NCBI GenBank assembly: GCA_026770705.1 | Contig: JANJGN010000034.1 | Span: forward strand, 6,448,001-6,512,000 | DNA from: Isurus oxyrinchus | Lineage: Eukaryota | DNA: 64,000 nucleotides | Direction of reading: 5' to 3' | Shown: positions 40,150-51,899 of the stretch, one piece after another | Numbering within the stretch: the first letter of the stretch is position 1 | Layout: every line of letters begins with the position of its first letter | Notes under the pieces: generated by a model | Seen by the model: only the letters and a program-made list of their open reading frames with translations | Databases searched by the model: none | Told to the model about the DNA's origin: nothing | Program-made: the position numbers and the translations under genes

Positions 40150-41003
40150 TATGGGAATATAGATATGGATAGGCCGAGATGATGTGGAGCATTCTGCGGG
40201 AAAATTTGATCATGGTAATTTTAGCAGGAAGAATAAAAAAACAAAGAATTACTTAAAAGGACAACACAGCAGGACTCCGTGGTGCAGAGGGATCTAGATG
40301 TTCTAGTGCATGAATCACAAGAAATTGGTATGCAGGTGCACCATGAAATCAAGAAGGCTAAAGGATTGCAGTCCTTCAGCACGAAATAAATTGAATATAA
40401 ATGTAAAGATGTTTTGCTTCAGTTCTGCAGGCCGTTGTGAGGCCACATATAAAATACACTGTGCAATTATTAAGGTCCCATTATATAGTGAATGATGTGG
40501 ATACATTGTACCGGGATCAGACGAGTTCATGAGACTGATATCTGGAGAGAGCTGATTACCATATGGGGATAGTTTGGGCGGTGTGGATTTGTTTCCACTC
40601 GAGTTTCGAAGAGTACGGAGTGTCTTGATAGAAGGACATCAGGTCCTGAATGATCAAAACAAACTGGGCATGGAATGGATGAATCTAGAACGAGGCGGCG
40701 CAGTTGAGAAAAGTAATAGATGTCGCCCTTTAACAGACAGGAAGGAGGATTTTTTTTAATCCCTTCGTGGAATGTGTGACTTTTGAACTGTCTGCAATAG
40801 AAAACGGTGAAAGCGATGTATTGAATATTTTCAAGGCAGAGGAAGATGGATTTCTGTGAGACAAAGGAATAGAGGGGTACCAGGGTTAGAACAGAAAGTG
40901 GAATTTGAAACACAAATTGATCAGTCATGAACTTATCATATGGCAGAGTAGGATCGAGGACTCGAATGGCCTACTGATGCTCCATTTCATAGGTTCGTAT
41001 GAA
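40150..41003 (+). mobile_element. Older CR1 3' part (paralog of 24120-24955; its 5' piece is at 38700-38830)
   Basis: Shares atgcaggtgcaccatgaa, agttctgcaggcc and gtggatttgtttccactcgagtt with copy 1. Confidence 0.8.
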
Positions 41004-42077
41004 TGTCAAACTGAGGTGGTTTACCACTCCTCTGCTAATTGTTTTTTATTCAATGAAAATTATTTCGAATAGCACTAGCCAGATCTTCACATTCAGGCCG
41101 GAAGAGAATTCTGCAATGAAGTGTGCACCTGAGGCAACCTATCGAGGTTGTATTTCTGCAAGATGATTCATATTTGGCACGTGGGCTTCTGTGGTTAGGC
41201 CGGCATTTATGCCCTATCCATTATTTATTTTTGAGAAGGTTCTAGAGCCGGACACCTGGAAGCCATGCTTTCGTTTTCTTACTACGGCATAAGCTGCCTT
41301 AAGTCGTATGAGTTGAAAGTACAAGCCACTTTGTAGCTATTTTTGTAAGGTTGTGTAGTAATTAGAGAGAATGTGTGGAGTGCGGTGTTGGGTGTTGATT
41401 ATTCCTGGATTGGTGGCACAGTCTGCAATAGGTTCAGGTGAGTTGAGGTGGCTCGGGTGTTCGATGAAGGGGATGGGTGATTTGGTCTCCTGGGTGTGTC
41501 TGAGTTGCAAAAGAGCAGGCGGGCTTTGGGCCCCATGCTCTGGTTTTGCATAAGGAGTTTCGAGTCATTGTGGCAGCGTGCAGCCTTGAGAAGTACATTC
41601 TTGAGTATTGAAGATAGTTGAGATCCTTTGGGCTTATCGGATGTGTGTAGGGATGATTTGTATGTCCCTCCTCTGGGTGCTCAGGGGGTGTAGAGGGTTA
41701 TGCAGGTGGTCAAGCGTTCCGTAGAGGGTCAAGAGAGGTCGGTTCAAAAGTTACCAGAAGGCAGAAGGGTAGTTAATTCTTCTACCTTTTTTTTGGCCAA
41801 CCATTGCTTCAAAACAATCACATTCATCAGTGATTCGCAATTAAATTGCACTCTCGGACATTTCCCACCACAAGGCATATGAGTATCGACAATTGATTGT
41901 CCGAGCAATTGCCATTGAATCCTTACATGAAATGATCAGAAAGGGTGGGCAGCGGGCGGAATGTTGCATCGTATGGTGGGAGGGTTTGATGGCAATGTTC
42001 CATCAGGGTGGAATGCAATAAATGGCCCTGCAGTACCGTGGTTACCATCCCCTCGTTCGCTTGTTGATTTTGCTGGG

Positions 42078-42670
42078 CAATAGACTCATGGACCTTTACA
42101 ACACAGAAGGCAGTCTTGAGGCTTATCGTGTCCACGCCCGTTAACCAAGATCTGACTAGAGTCATCTCATTTTACAGCCCTTGGGGCATAGGCCTAGGGT
42201 CTTTGGCGATGCAATGATTAACTAAATACTTCTTAAATGTTACGAGGGTTCCTGATTCAGCAACCATTACAAGAAGTGAGTTAATGAATGTGACTATCTC
42301 CTGGATGAAGAAAATACCGCTAAACTCCCTTCTTAGCCTTCTACCTTAAACTTTAAATCTATGATCACTGTTTATTAACCACTTATCTAATGGAAAAAAA
42401 AACTGCCTTCCTCTATACCACACCTATGCCCGTAATAATGTTACACAGCGCTGTCAGATTCCACGTAAACCTTACTCTCTCAGACCCTCCAAAACAGAAG
42501 CATCCTGGGAAATTACCTTTGCACCTTCTCCAGTACAATCACATTTTTCCGATAGTGTTGGGACCAGAACTGCACGCAGTACTCCATTTGTGAACGAATC
42601 AGAGTTTTATACTGTTCAAGCACAACAGCCCTGCTCTTGGGTTCTACTCCTCGCCAAACAGAGGCAAGTT
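42078..42670 (-). mobile_element. CR1 3' fragment (paralog of 26027-26660)
   Basis: atagactcatggacctttacaacacagaagg...ctttaaatctatga...gcaccttctccagtacaat. Confidence 0.8.
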
Positions 42671-43299
42671 TCTGATGATCGGGCGACATTCATCAATGAA
42701 CATTAAACATTACCTTCCAAAGTTTACTTTTTATCTATATCTACATTGTCATCACATGAATTACAGTAATGATTGCAGTATAAAAAAACGCCATAGCTGA
42801 TTTTCTTTTTGACACTTGATATGTTCAGATTTCATAACAATGGCGTAGTGCCCTAGAAATACTCCCCTCATGGCGCTTTGCCCGCACAGCAGGATAAGGG
42901 TAGAAGCTGGTGAATTTCTGTTGGTTCCACCGTCACGTTACTGGAAATATTTAGTCACCATATAAGGGATTGTCTATCTGGTCAAAGCCTGCTCACTAAC
43001 GTTGTTTAATATATTGGGAAGCAGCACATTACAAATGCTTAGATGAATGGAACGCAAATGCGTATTTGCAGATGTGCTATGTTCCAAAGATCCGGACAGA
43101 GCTACCTTGCAAAATCGGGCAAACTTGCATTCGAATACATTCTTCCACCCCTTGTCATTAAGCTGAAATTCTGGAAAGGGCGTTTTTCACATTAATGGAT
43201 TAATTCCTGGGCTTTGTGTCACAACATCTAGAACGACGTGCTCAACTTCCAAGTGAAAAAAAAACCTAAATGCACATATAGGGACAATCAGTAAAAGGG

Positions 43300-43920
43300 A
43301 TGTCAGAACCTCAATGAAGTCGCATCATCTGCATCCTTGAACCATGGAGATTAGTGTGACCTCGTGGCAATTTCCAGCATGAAAATAAAATTCAAAATAC
43401 ATTGTATTCCGAATTCAAACAGGAATGGGGAAAGCAGCATATTCAGACAAAATTACACGTAGGATTGTTCCAGGGGGTGAATTACTCGCCACAGGATTCC
43501 TATACTCCGGCGTGCTTTTGCAGCCACAGTACTCATTCCGCTTGCCCATTTCATGTTCTGGTAATTTCTATCCCCAGGGATATTGAGCACATATGATGTG
43601 ATCAGATATTGGAAACTGGTCGAATCCTTAGGTTTGCATTTTCGCTCAGGGGATATGTTATTGTTCCTTAAGCAGTAGGTTTTTGGCAGAATATTTATGG
43701 CTTTGTCGTTATGCCCCACAGAACTGAAAAAGAGCCAAGGCGTTAAGTCACTAAAAAAAGAACTGCACTCCTGTGAAAAAATGTATGAAATTGCGCGTTG
43801 GTGGTAGCTTCGAAGTGTGTGTAAATTTCCACTAGCTGCCTAAGGACCACTATAACTCAAAAGGACGAAAGTCGCCATTCGTTGCTCAGAAACAGAAAGT
43901 TGCTTACCAGTCCTGACGAC
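43300..43920 (-). mobile_element. Decayed LINE RT fragment (second family)
   Basis: Minus ORF 43453-43719 ...NIPGDRNYQNMKWASGMSTVAAKARRSIGILWRVIHPL resembles the RT thumb region of the element at 8.8-9.1 kb. Confidence 0.7.
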
Positions 43921-44059
43921 TGTTCATTTTAACACCACCGTACTTAAGTCTAAATTGAGCTTTGATTATGCATGTTTGTGTTTGTTTGTGTCACTGTGTG
44001 TTTGTTTCTCTGAGTGTGCTTGTGTGTGTGTGCGTGTGTGTGCCAATCAGATTAGTGGC

Positions 44060-45190
44060 TGTGTAATAGAAACATTGATAATAGGAGCTGGAGTAGGTAG
44101 TTCCTCCCTTCGGCTCTGCACTGCTTTTCAATATGATCATGGCTGATCTTCCATCTAAAATCAGGAGTCCCACTCTCTTTCAATTGCCCTTGACGCATTC
44201 AGGTTATGGAAGTCTATTTAATGCATCCTTAAACCTATTCAGTGGCTTGACCTCCACAGACCTCTGTGGGAGAGAATTCCATTGACTCACCAAACTCTAA
44301 ATGAACATATTCATCTCACCTCAGTTCCATACCTACGCCATATCTTCACACTGTAACAAATTGTTAAAGGTTCCCCTCATCCTCAGACTCCATCCGCCCT
44401 GCCAAGTGAGGGGAATCATGATTCCTGCACCCAGTCTGTAAAGTCCTGCAAGCACGCTACACTTTCCAACGAGATAGCCTTTCATTCCTCAGAACTCTTT
44501 TGAATGCTTGTTTTCTCAAACCACATCCTACTCATAGGACAATCCGGACATCTCAGTAGTGTCCCTGGCGAAAATTCGAACTCTCTCTATGACATGTGTA
44601 TGCCACTCTTCGAGAAGGATACCAAAACTGCACACACACACATTACTGAGGCCCTGCACAGCTTAAGCAAGACTCCATTCTCCTGCACTGAAATCTCCTA
44701 CAATGAAATACAATATACCATTTGCCCTCCTATAGGATTGCTGCACCTTCATGTTGTCTGTCAGTGATTTGTGAACAGGGAAACAGAGGAACCTTTGTCG
44801 ATCAGCATTTGCCAACTTATCACAATAGCCTTGCTTTTTGCTTTTTTCCTCTCGCGAAGTTGTTAACTTCTTAATTAGCTTTTTGCAACGGACAAATATT
44901 TCCCAACTCACTCAAATTGCCTAATTCGTCTTGGAGCCTCATTGCATCCGCCTGGAAAACTACATTCCCAACCAGTTCTTTATGTTGCCTGCAAAAAAGG
45001 AAATGTTACATTTTGTTCCCCAACCTGAGACATAGATGTATCTTGTTAAAGGTTCGGGTGCAATCAATGATCCCTTTGGTACCGCACAAGTAAGTGCCTG
45101 CCACTTCAAAGAAAAAAACATGCAGTCTTCAACTGTGCTACCTGTCTGTTACGCAATTAACACTCAAGTTCAATACATTATCTCAATTCC
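44060..45190 (-). mobile_element. Decayed CR1 3' half (paralog of 28060-29200)
   Basis: ataggagctggagtaggtag...caatatgatcatggctgatc is the antisense CR1 3' end; ctctgtgggagagaattcca follows. Confidence 0.8.
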
Positions 45191-45959
45191 ATGTGCAAGG
45201 CGCTGGTGAAGAAATTGACTTTCGATATGAGAAGACATTTGGAAAAGCTGATGTGCCATGTACTTTCCTTTGTGATGTTAATATGTTTATATTGGCACAG
45301 TACCGATGATATGCAAGATTGAAAAAATGATCAAGCATGTTAAATAAGGATGGTCAACAATTCTGTAGTATGGTTGACAGAGCAGGTGCTGTAGCTCATA
45401 AATCCGCACTGACTGCTATACAATTCTTACAGATGACACAGTAATATAATCATATTCCATTCCTCTCGTATCCAGTGAGTATAATTGACAAACTGGGAAG
45501 CAACAGTCATATAAGTTTCCAATTTTCTTTGCCAATGCTATGGGCATTGCCTGTACGGTGTATGTTTTTTTTTTATCGGTGCCTGGCATTCTGTACCGCT
45601 GCATTTTCGTAATAACCTTGCCAGTGAAATGTCACTGTGCCACCTGAAAGCCAAGTCTATTATTTCATAAATGTGGTGAACAATATTGCCCATATTCCAG
45701 ATTCAATCTCACCAAATTCTGTGCAACTGCCACAAGGCTTATAAACATATGCACATCTATCCTATTTCCACTAAAGGGCCACATGTTATTTGCCACCCTC
45801 CTTACTTAATGCACCTGCATGCATACTCTCGATGTTCTTTGTGCAATTACACTCTGATCCCTTTGAGAAACAGCACTTAGTATTTACTCAACCTCCAAAT
45901 TTTTTTTCTTAAGTCTTACGAAGTCAATAAGTTCACGTTTCCCCGTTTTGCCGAATTTG

Positions 45960-47640
45960 CCATCATTTTTGCGCAGTCACCAATCCACACCAATTCATCC
46001 TGATTGCTATCATCAGCAAACATAGATGTATTGCACTCAGCCTCTTTATCTAAATCATCAACATATATTTTTTTAAAAATTGGCACACATCTGTTCATTG
46101 CGGTCTACATTCTCTGCTGCCTGCCAACTTGTAAAAGATGGGACCGTTTACTCTATTTTCTATCCGTTAACCAATCCACTATCAATATGATCGTTTACCC
46201 CATCTCCATGTGCCTCTAGTTTGCAGATTAACGGTTGGTGGCGCACACTTTGGAATGTCTTAATAAATCCAAGTACATGACTTATATTCCTCCCACTTTA
46301 TACAGTATTGGTGACATACACAAAAAACTACAATTGGTTCATGTGACAGGATTTACTTATCTGTAACTACTTTGTCTTGTTACTTTGATATTATGCTTTT
46401 CTAGATGCATTTGTTGAGATTTTCCTCATAATAGAGTCTAAAATTATCCAAGTACTTATGTTAGGCTAACTTGCCTATGGTTCATAGATTTTATTTTTCT
46501 CAATCCTGCTTTTCTTGAATCGTGGTGCAGCAGTTGCCAATTTCCAATCTAGTGGCATTGCTTGTGAATATAAGAAATTTTCTAACAGTGATAGATAACA
46601 CAGTATCTCTGAGGCCATCCATCAGAAAATGAGCGGGTAGGCCATCTGGTGACATGGTCTGTACGGTGCTTAATACCTCATGCTGATCAATAATTTTCCT
46701 CTGCTGAAATTAATTTCCGTCATATCCTTACACTTTTAACCGGAGGTTGTCCTGTATTTTTGGAACTGAACTTGTGTCTTCTATTCGGAAGGAACACACA
46801 AAATATTTGTTGAATACCTGCGTCGTATATTTCTGCCCCTTGATGCATTGTTTTATCTCAATCTGAGGAATCAACATTTAATTGGCTGTGTTCTTGCTTT
46901 TCATGAACTCGCATGTTCTATGTTTCTCTTAGATCAAATTTTTGGTTGACATTTGCTGATATCTAAAACACTCACCAGACTTGATATTGGTTTTAGCAAA
47001 AATGCCAGCCTCTTCTTTTATTGCAATGCTCGTGTTAACAGAGCGTTTGGGCCGCAGGTAGGTCTTTTTGCTGAGTTTTCATTTTTCGATGGAGTATATT
47101 TTGTTGAACAATTGCAATTGTTTCTTTGAACATTGCCCACAGTTGATTCACCTCTATACACTTTAGACCTTTACCAATCAAAAACAGCCTAATAATATTT
47201 CCCATCCTTGCAATTGCTTTGTGTTTTCGTTTGAAGGGCTTACTTGCTATTGGAATATGTTGCTTTCAACCTTCACATACAACTAAGTGTTATGATGGTC
47301 ACTATTTCCAATTTGATTGTTTAATATGATGACAAGAATTGAACATGAGCATAAATGCATTGTTAGATCAAAGCAAGTTTTATCTTTGATAGTTCCACTG
47401 CTTTCAGAACCAAGAATCTTCCACGAAAACAATGTAAAACTCATCCTCCCTACAATTATGTCCAATCAATTGGTCCAGCTGAATTGAAGATTACGTTTTT
47501 CAACAATAAAAACATTTTGTTTGTTATAACCTCCAACGTTTTCTGATTTTGTAATTATTTGCAAAACGACAGAATGGCAGCTAGAGATATTGTGAACTTC
47601 TCCCATCAATGTTTTCCTACTCCTGCAGTGCCTAATTTCC
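45960..47640 (-). mobile_element. Decayed CR1 ORF2
   Basis: Minus ORF 45916-46098 IYVDDLDKEAECNTSMFADDS matches the RT catalytic motif (IYINDLD......SKFADDT). atgttaggctaacttgcctat near 46460 is antisense YRPVSLT. Confidence 0.85.
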
Positions 47641-47699
47641 AAACATGCTGATTCTACTCCAAGACCTTTAAAGCCCAGCTCCTTTCTCTTAATGAAGCG

Positions 47700-50530
47700 A
47701 GGGGATGCTTAGACTTACTGTCACTAGACAGAAGGTCCAGTGACCTGGCAACGCTGTTGGGCACACATTTGTATCCAAACGCAGCAGATGATGACATTAA
47801 TATATATAAATGAAACATCAGAAAGGGGATAATAAAAGCTGTCGATTGCCATAAAAATAACCAGCTGGGTTATCATTTCCTTTTAGGGAAGGAAGGATGC
47901 AACCCTTGACTGGCATGGCCTCCATGTGACTCCTGACTCACCACAATTTGGTTGACTCATATCTGCCCTCTCAAATTCCAATGCTGATGGTATCAAACCA
48001 TTTAAAATCATATAAGCAATAAAACCGGATGGACAACTAGGCAATTCATTAGGTACTTGAAACTACAACAGTGAACATGGCCCTGTCGTCTTGCAAAGTC
48101 ATTTTCTCCAGCCTCTGGGGTTTATTGATTATATTGGGAGATTGGGCCACAGCCTGACTATTCATACTCACACAATCATATCATGCCACAAACACCACTG
48201 TCCCAGCCCCAGTAATGTCTTGCCACACGTGCAGAGCAGGCCCCACAGAGGTGGCAGAACAGTGATACAAATCGAGTAACCATGAGAGCCTTCAGCATTG
48301 GATTCGCCGGCATGAAGTTTCATGGCATCACATCAAACGTGGAAAAATAATCCACCTGCTTTTACCACCTGCACCCTCCCCTCAGACTTCAGCTGATGAA
48401 TTAGCACTCGGTCATATTGATCACCACTTCACAACAGTTGGAGGAAGCACTGATGTTTGCAAAGGTGCAGGCTGTGATCTGAGGAGGGGAGGTCAATCTC
48501 CATCACAAGACTGTTTTGTAAACATTACTACTGACTAGCGTGGTGGAATCCTAAAGAGCATAGCGGCTAAACTGAAGCTTTGGCACATTTTGAGTGTGAA
48601 ATAAAGCCTGTGGAAAGCTCATAATGACGTCATTCTTACCAATATGCCTGCTGCAGATGCATCTTTCCATGATATTTAGGGCAGGAACAGGCCACCGCAA
48701 AGCTTTTCTTCAACACATTGCCCATCTTCACATTAACAGTGCCCACACCCCGCATCTCCCCCCGTCGATTTTGTGTGCCAGTACGAACGTGGCAAGTAGA
48801 ATAGGATTTGAACTGATACAGAAACTCAAGACTGGGTACGAATGAGGCTCTTTTCGGCCATCAGCAGCGACAGAATTCTTCTCAACCAGAATCTGAAAAC
48901 GCATGTCAAGGTGTATATCGCATTTTGCCCTTGCAGCAACCAACGCTTTAACATGGTTCAATGCAGAGTTCAGCACAGCAGGGCATGCCAAATTCAGCAC
49001 CAGACATACCAAAAATGAGGTTTCAACGTTGTCACGCTGGAACCCAGGCCTACCTCCAAGCCAAGTGATGGAAGCAGGATGCAATTTAAAAAGTCAAGAA
49101 TGGACATCGCTATATGGTGACAAAGGAACACGCCAATAGACAGCAAGAGTCTCTACAAATATTGTGTCATCGAGCAGAGATGCAAACTGAATGTAAAAAG
49201 CAACAAATTTTCGAAAGAGTTAGATATTCATACACGTGGCGACACAGATTGGTGGTCAGTGTGACCGATGCAAACATCTTGCAAACGACAAATATACGTA
49301 AATATGCAGTCTGAAAGACTGTGGGTAATAAGTATAATCACAGAAATATTTACAGATGTATGTTATGTACAGACATAAAATGAAAGAAAATCTTTCACTC
49401 AAAAAGACGAATGCAGGATCTTCTAGGGCTGTTAGTCTATACGAATCGCAATAACTGATGGAGAAGCGGACAAAATGTCATGCCAACAAAAACACATGTC
49501 ATGAAACCAGGCCAGTGCACTAACCGTTTAGTGGATGCAATTTTTGATAATGAGAGGAGGGCCCGGGCATTTGCCACACAGCAGCAAGCCTTCCAACTGC
49601 AATTCAGAGGGATCAGGTATCGGCTAAGAGACCCTTTGGAAGTTGGAGGCTCAGGCACTAAAAAAATGAACTTTGCTGGCCTCTCTCACTTGTGGGAAGA
49701 AGGGTCAAAAAATTTCACATTCGCTCAATGCACATAAATACAAATGCCCAAAGCTGAACGTCCTAGATCCAGTACATTGCACCCATGCTTTAACTACTGC
49801 CAAACGCTGTCAACAAACTGACTGGAATTCTAATGAAATGCCATCAGAACTATAAATAATGGCTTGCTCTCTATTAGTCCTTCAAACGTAATTCAGCAAG
49901 TCGGTAGTTCAGCGATTGTGCTCATTGATTGCTCGAGAATATTTCTGGTTAAGGAATGTAGAGTCAGTTCGGGGTGCTACGGAGATCAGGGCTTTCTGCC
50001 TGAAAGGCGATGGGATGCAGACTTATTAAAATGCTGAAGGAAAATGGCCACTAATGTGTGAGGAATTTATGCACCATACTTGCACTTGGCACTTGCAGTA
50101 CCCAAAACCTGTTCGGCACTGCTGGTGCTTACAAACCAGACTGCGGTCTTGCAATGCATCTTCGCCGGATCTGGGAATACCGAAGTAATGACCAAGGTTG
50201 AGTACTAAAATTTGTGCTCCGTTTAAATCGGGAAAAGATGTGTGATCTCTTGGTTCTCCGGCAGTTCAATGTCAATGGCGTTTGCAAGTCTACTAAAGCT
50301 ATCAGAGTAATTCTATTTGTCCAAAACGGAGATGAAATGCCCACATGGAGTGAAACTGTTTAATATCAACGCTGGTGTCAAGATGGCTTCCAGTTCCGAG
50401 GCTCTGGTCAAATAAGATTAACCACATATAATAAAACTCTGAACAAAATCTGCATGAGGAGGCATGGACGATTATTCTCACCAGCATAGACAAAGTCGTG
50501 GAATTTCACCAGCGTCAGGAAGGGCCAAAT
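47700..50530 (+). mobile_element. Decayed LINE of the second family: 5' leader, endonuclease, linker and RT N-terminal part, with interruptions
   Basis: Leader ccttttagggaaggaaggatgc...ggcctccatgtgactcc. Endonuclease-like gggaggtcaatctccatcac (GDFNVHH-like) near 48490. 48650-49090 is the reverse complement counterpart of 10200-10600. RT-like gacaaagtcgtggaatttcaccagcg (DIKAAFD-like) near 50490. Confidence 0.7.
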
Positions 50531-51589
50531 GAGGGTAAAGATGTACTGAGGTTTAGAAAACGATTTTCCGAATTAGGAGAATGACAGCATCACCGCGTTT
50601 GCCTGGGTGATTAAAAATTGAGTTCTTGACTATACAGATTTGGAGAGATTTTGATCATTTGCGTAGTAAAAAGTTTGGTACCGATTTTAGAAATAAATTT
50701 GGGCGGTGTTTTAAATTCAAACGCTTAGTCAATATTGAAAACAATGTTTGGCTTAATGTTTGACGACATGGTCCGCCAAACACATGAATCGTTCCGGATG
50801 CTAACTCGATGAGTTAGAACAGGTGCAGTGGAAACTTGAATAGCAGGTTTAATGAATACTTGGGAGTAGAAAAACATAGTGGGGTTGCAGACATGGACGA
50901 ATTGGTCATCTGGAGGTAAGTTAAAGCATTAACAAAATAGGGCAATGATACCGAAAGCGAAACACATGGCGTTATCATTACATACATTTAGCACTGGAAG
51001 ATGTTAAAACAGGTGGAAAGAGGAACAAGTTTGCAAAGGGCCTAGTTCAGCCTCACTCATTTGCCAGATTGTGCCAATTGGTTCACTGATGTCGAAAGGC
51101 CTTTGCTGGGATGGAGAAGATATTGGCTTTGGTCTTCCTAATACCGTAATTCCAGGTAAATCCAAATTGTAATTTGTTGAATGCCCGACAGAGAGCTGGA
51201 AAAGTTGCATATAGTATACTATTATTTTAATGATGTTGCTGAGGGTACGCATGAAGATAACAAACTAAAGGGGGTGGAGGGCGCCGGGATATAGTTGCAT
51301 TAGTTGTGAGGCATCTTTTTCAATATTTATGGCACTTATCGTAACATTTTTTGTTTGGTATCAAACATGTAGAAAATTATTGCTACTTTATTTTATTTGT
51401 TTTCCATTTCCTGCTTTATGAGCAATCAGACGGAACTACGTTACCTTAAAGAAAAAAAAAACAATTGTGCTATATAATAGACAATTGGCACATGTGGCTT
51501 GAAGCTGCTTCTCCGAACAACAAACGTCTGGTTATTCATTATTGAGTTATCGGCATCGTTGGTGTCCAACATTTATTACGAAGCTCTAA

Positions 51590-51860
51590 ATGCATCAGAG
51601 AATATGGTGGCGAGCTAGCTGGTTGCTCTGCTGCATCTCATGTGGTGTAGTTACACCCCCAGTATTGTTAAAGAGCGAATTCCAAGATTTCGACAAAATA
51701 ACAGTGAAGCAACTGCGAAATATTTCCAAATCAAGTTGATGAAAGACTTGTTTGAAAACTGGCAAGTGTGGTATTCCCATGCATCTGCTGCGCTTGTCCT
51801 TCTGGATAGTAATTTTTCTGTGTTTGGAAGGTGCTGCTCCTAAATCACCTTTGGTGACAA
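51590..51860 (-). mobile_element. 3' end of the second LINE family
   Basis: tggtggcgagctagc...gaattccaagatttcgac...aactggcaagtgtggtattcccatgcatctgctgcgcttgtccttc...tttggaaggtgctg; parallels 8500-8680. Confidence 0.75.
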
Positions 51861-51899
51861 CTTTGGAAAGAAAGATCAGATACTCGGGACAATTTTGCT

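Larger units (their letters stand above)
36900..47640 (+). repeat. Segmental duplication copy 2
   Basis: Same order of unique sequence and TE fragments as 22.7-29.2 kb. At about 45190 it jumps to sequence matching 56320-56560, then to 33970-34260 (gagtataattga...gtcatat...tttccaatt) and 35050-36740. Confidence 0.9.
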
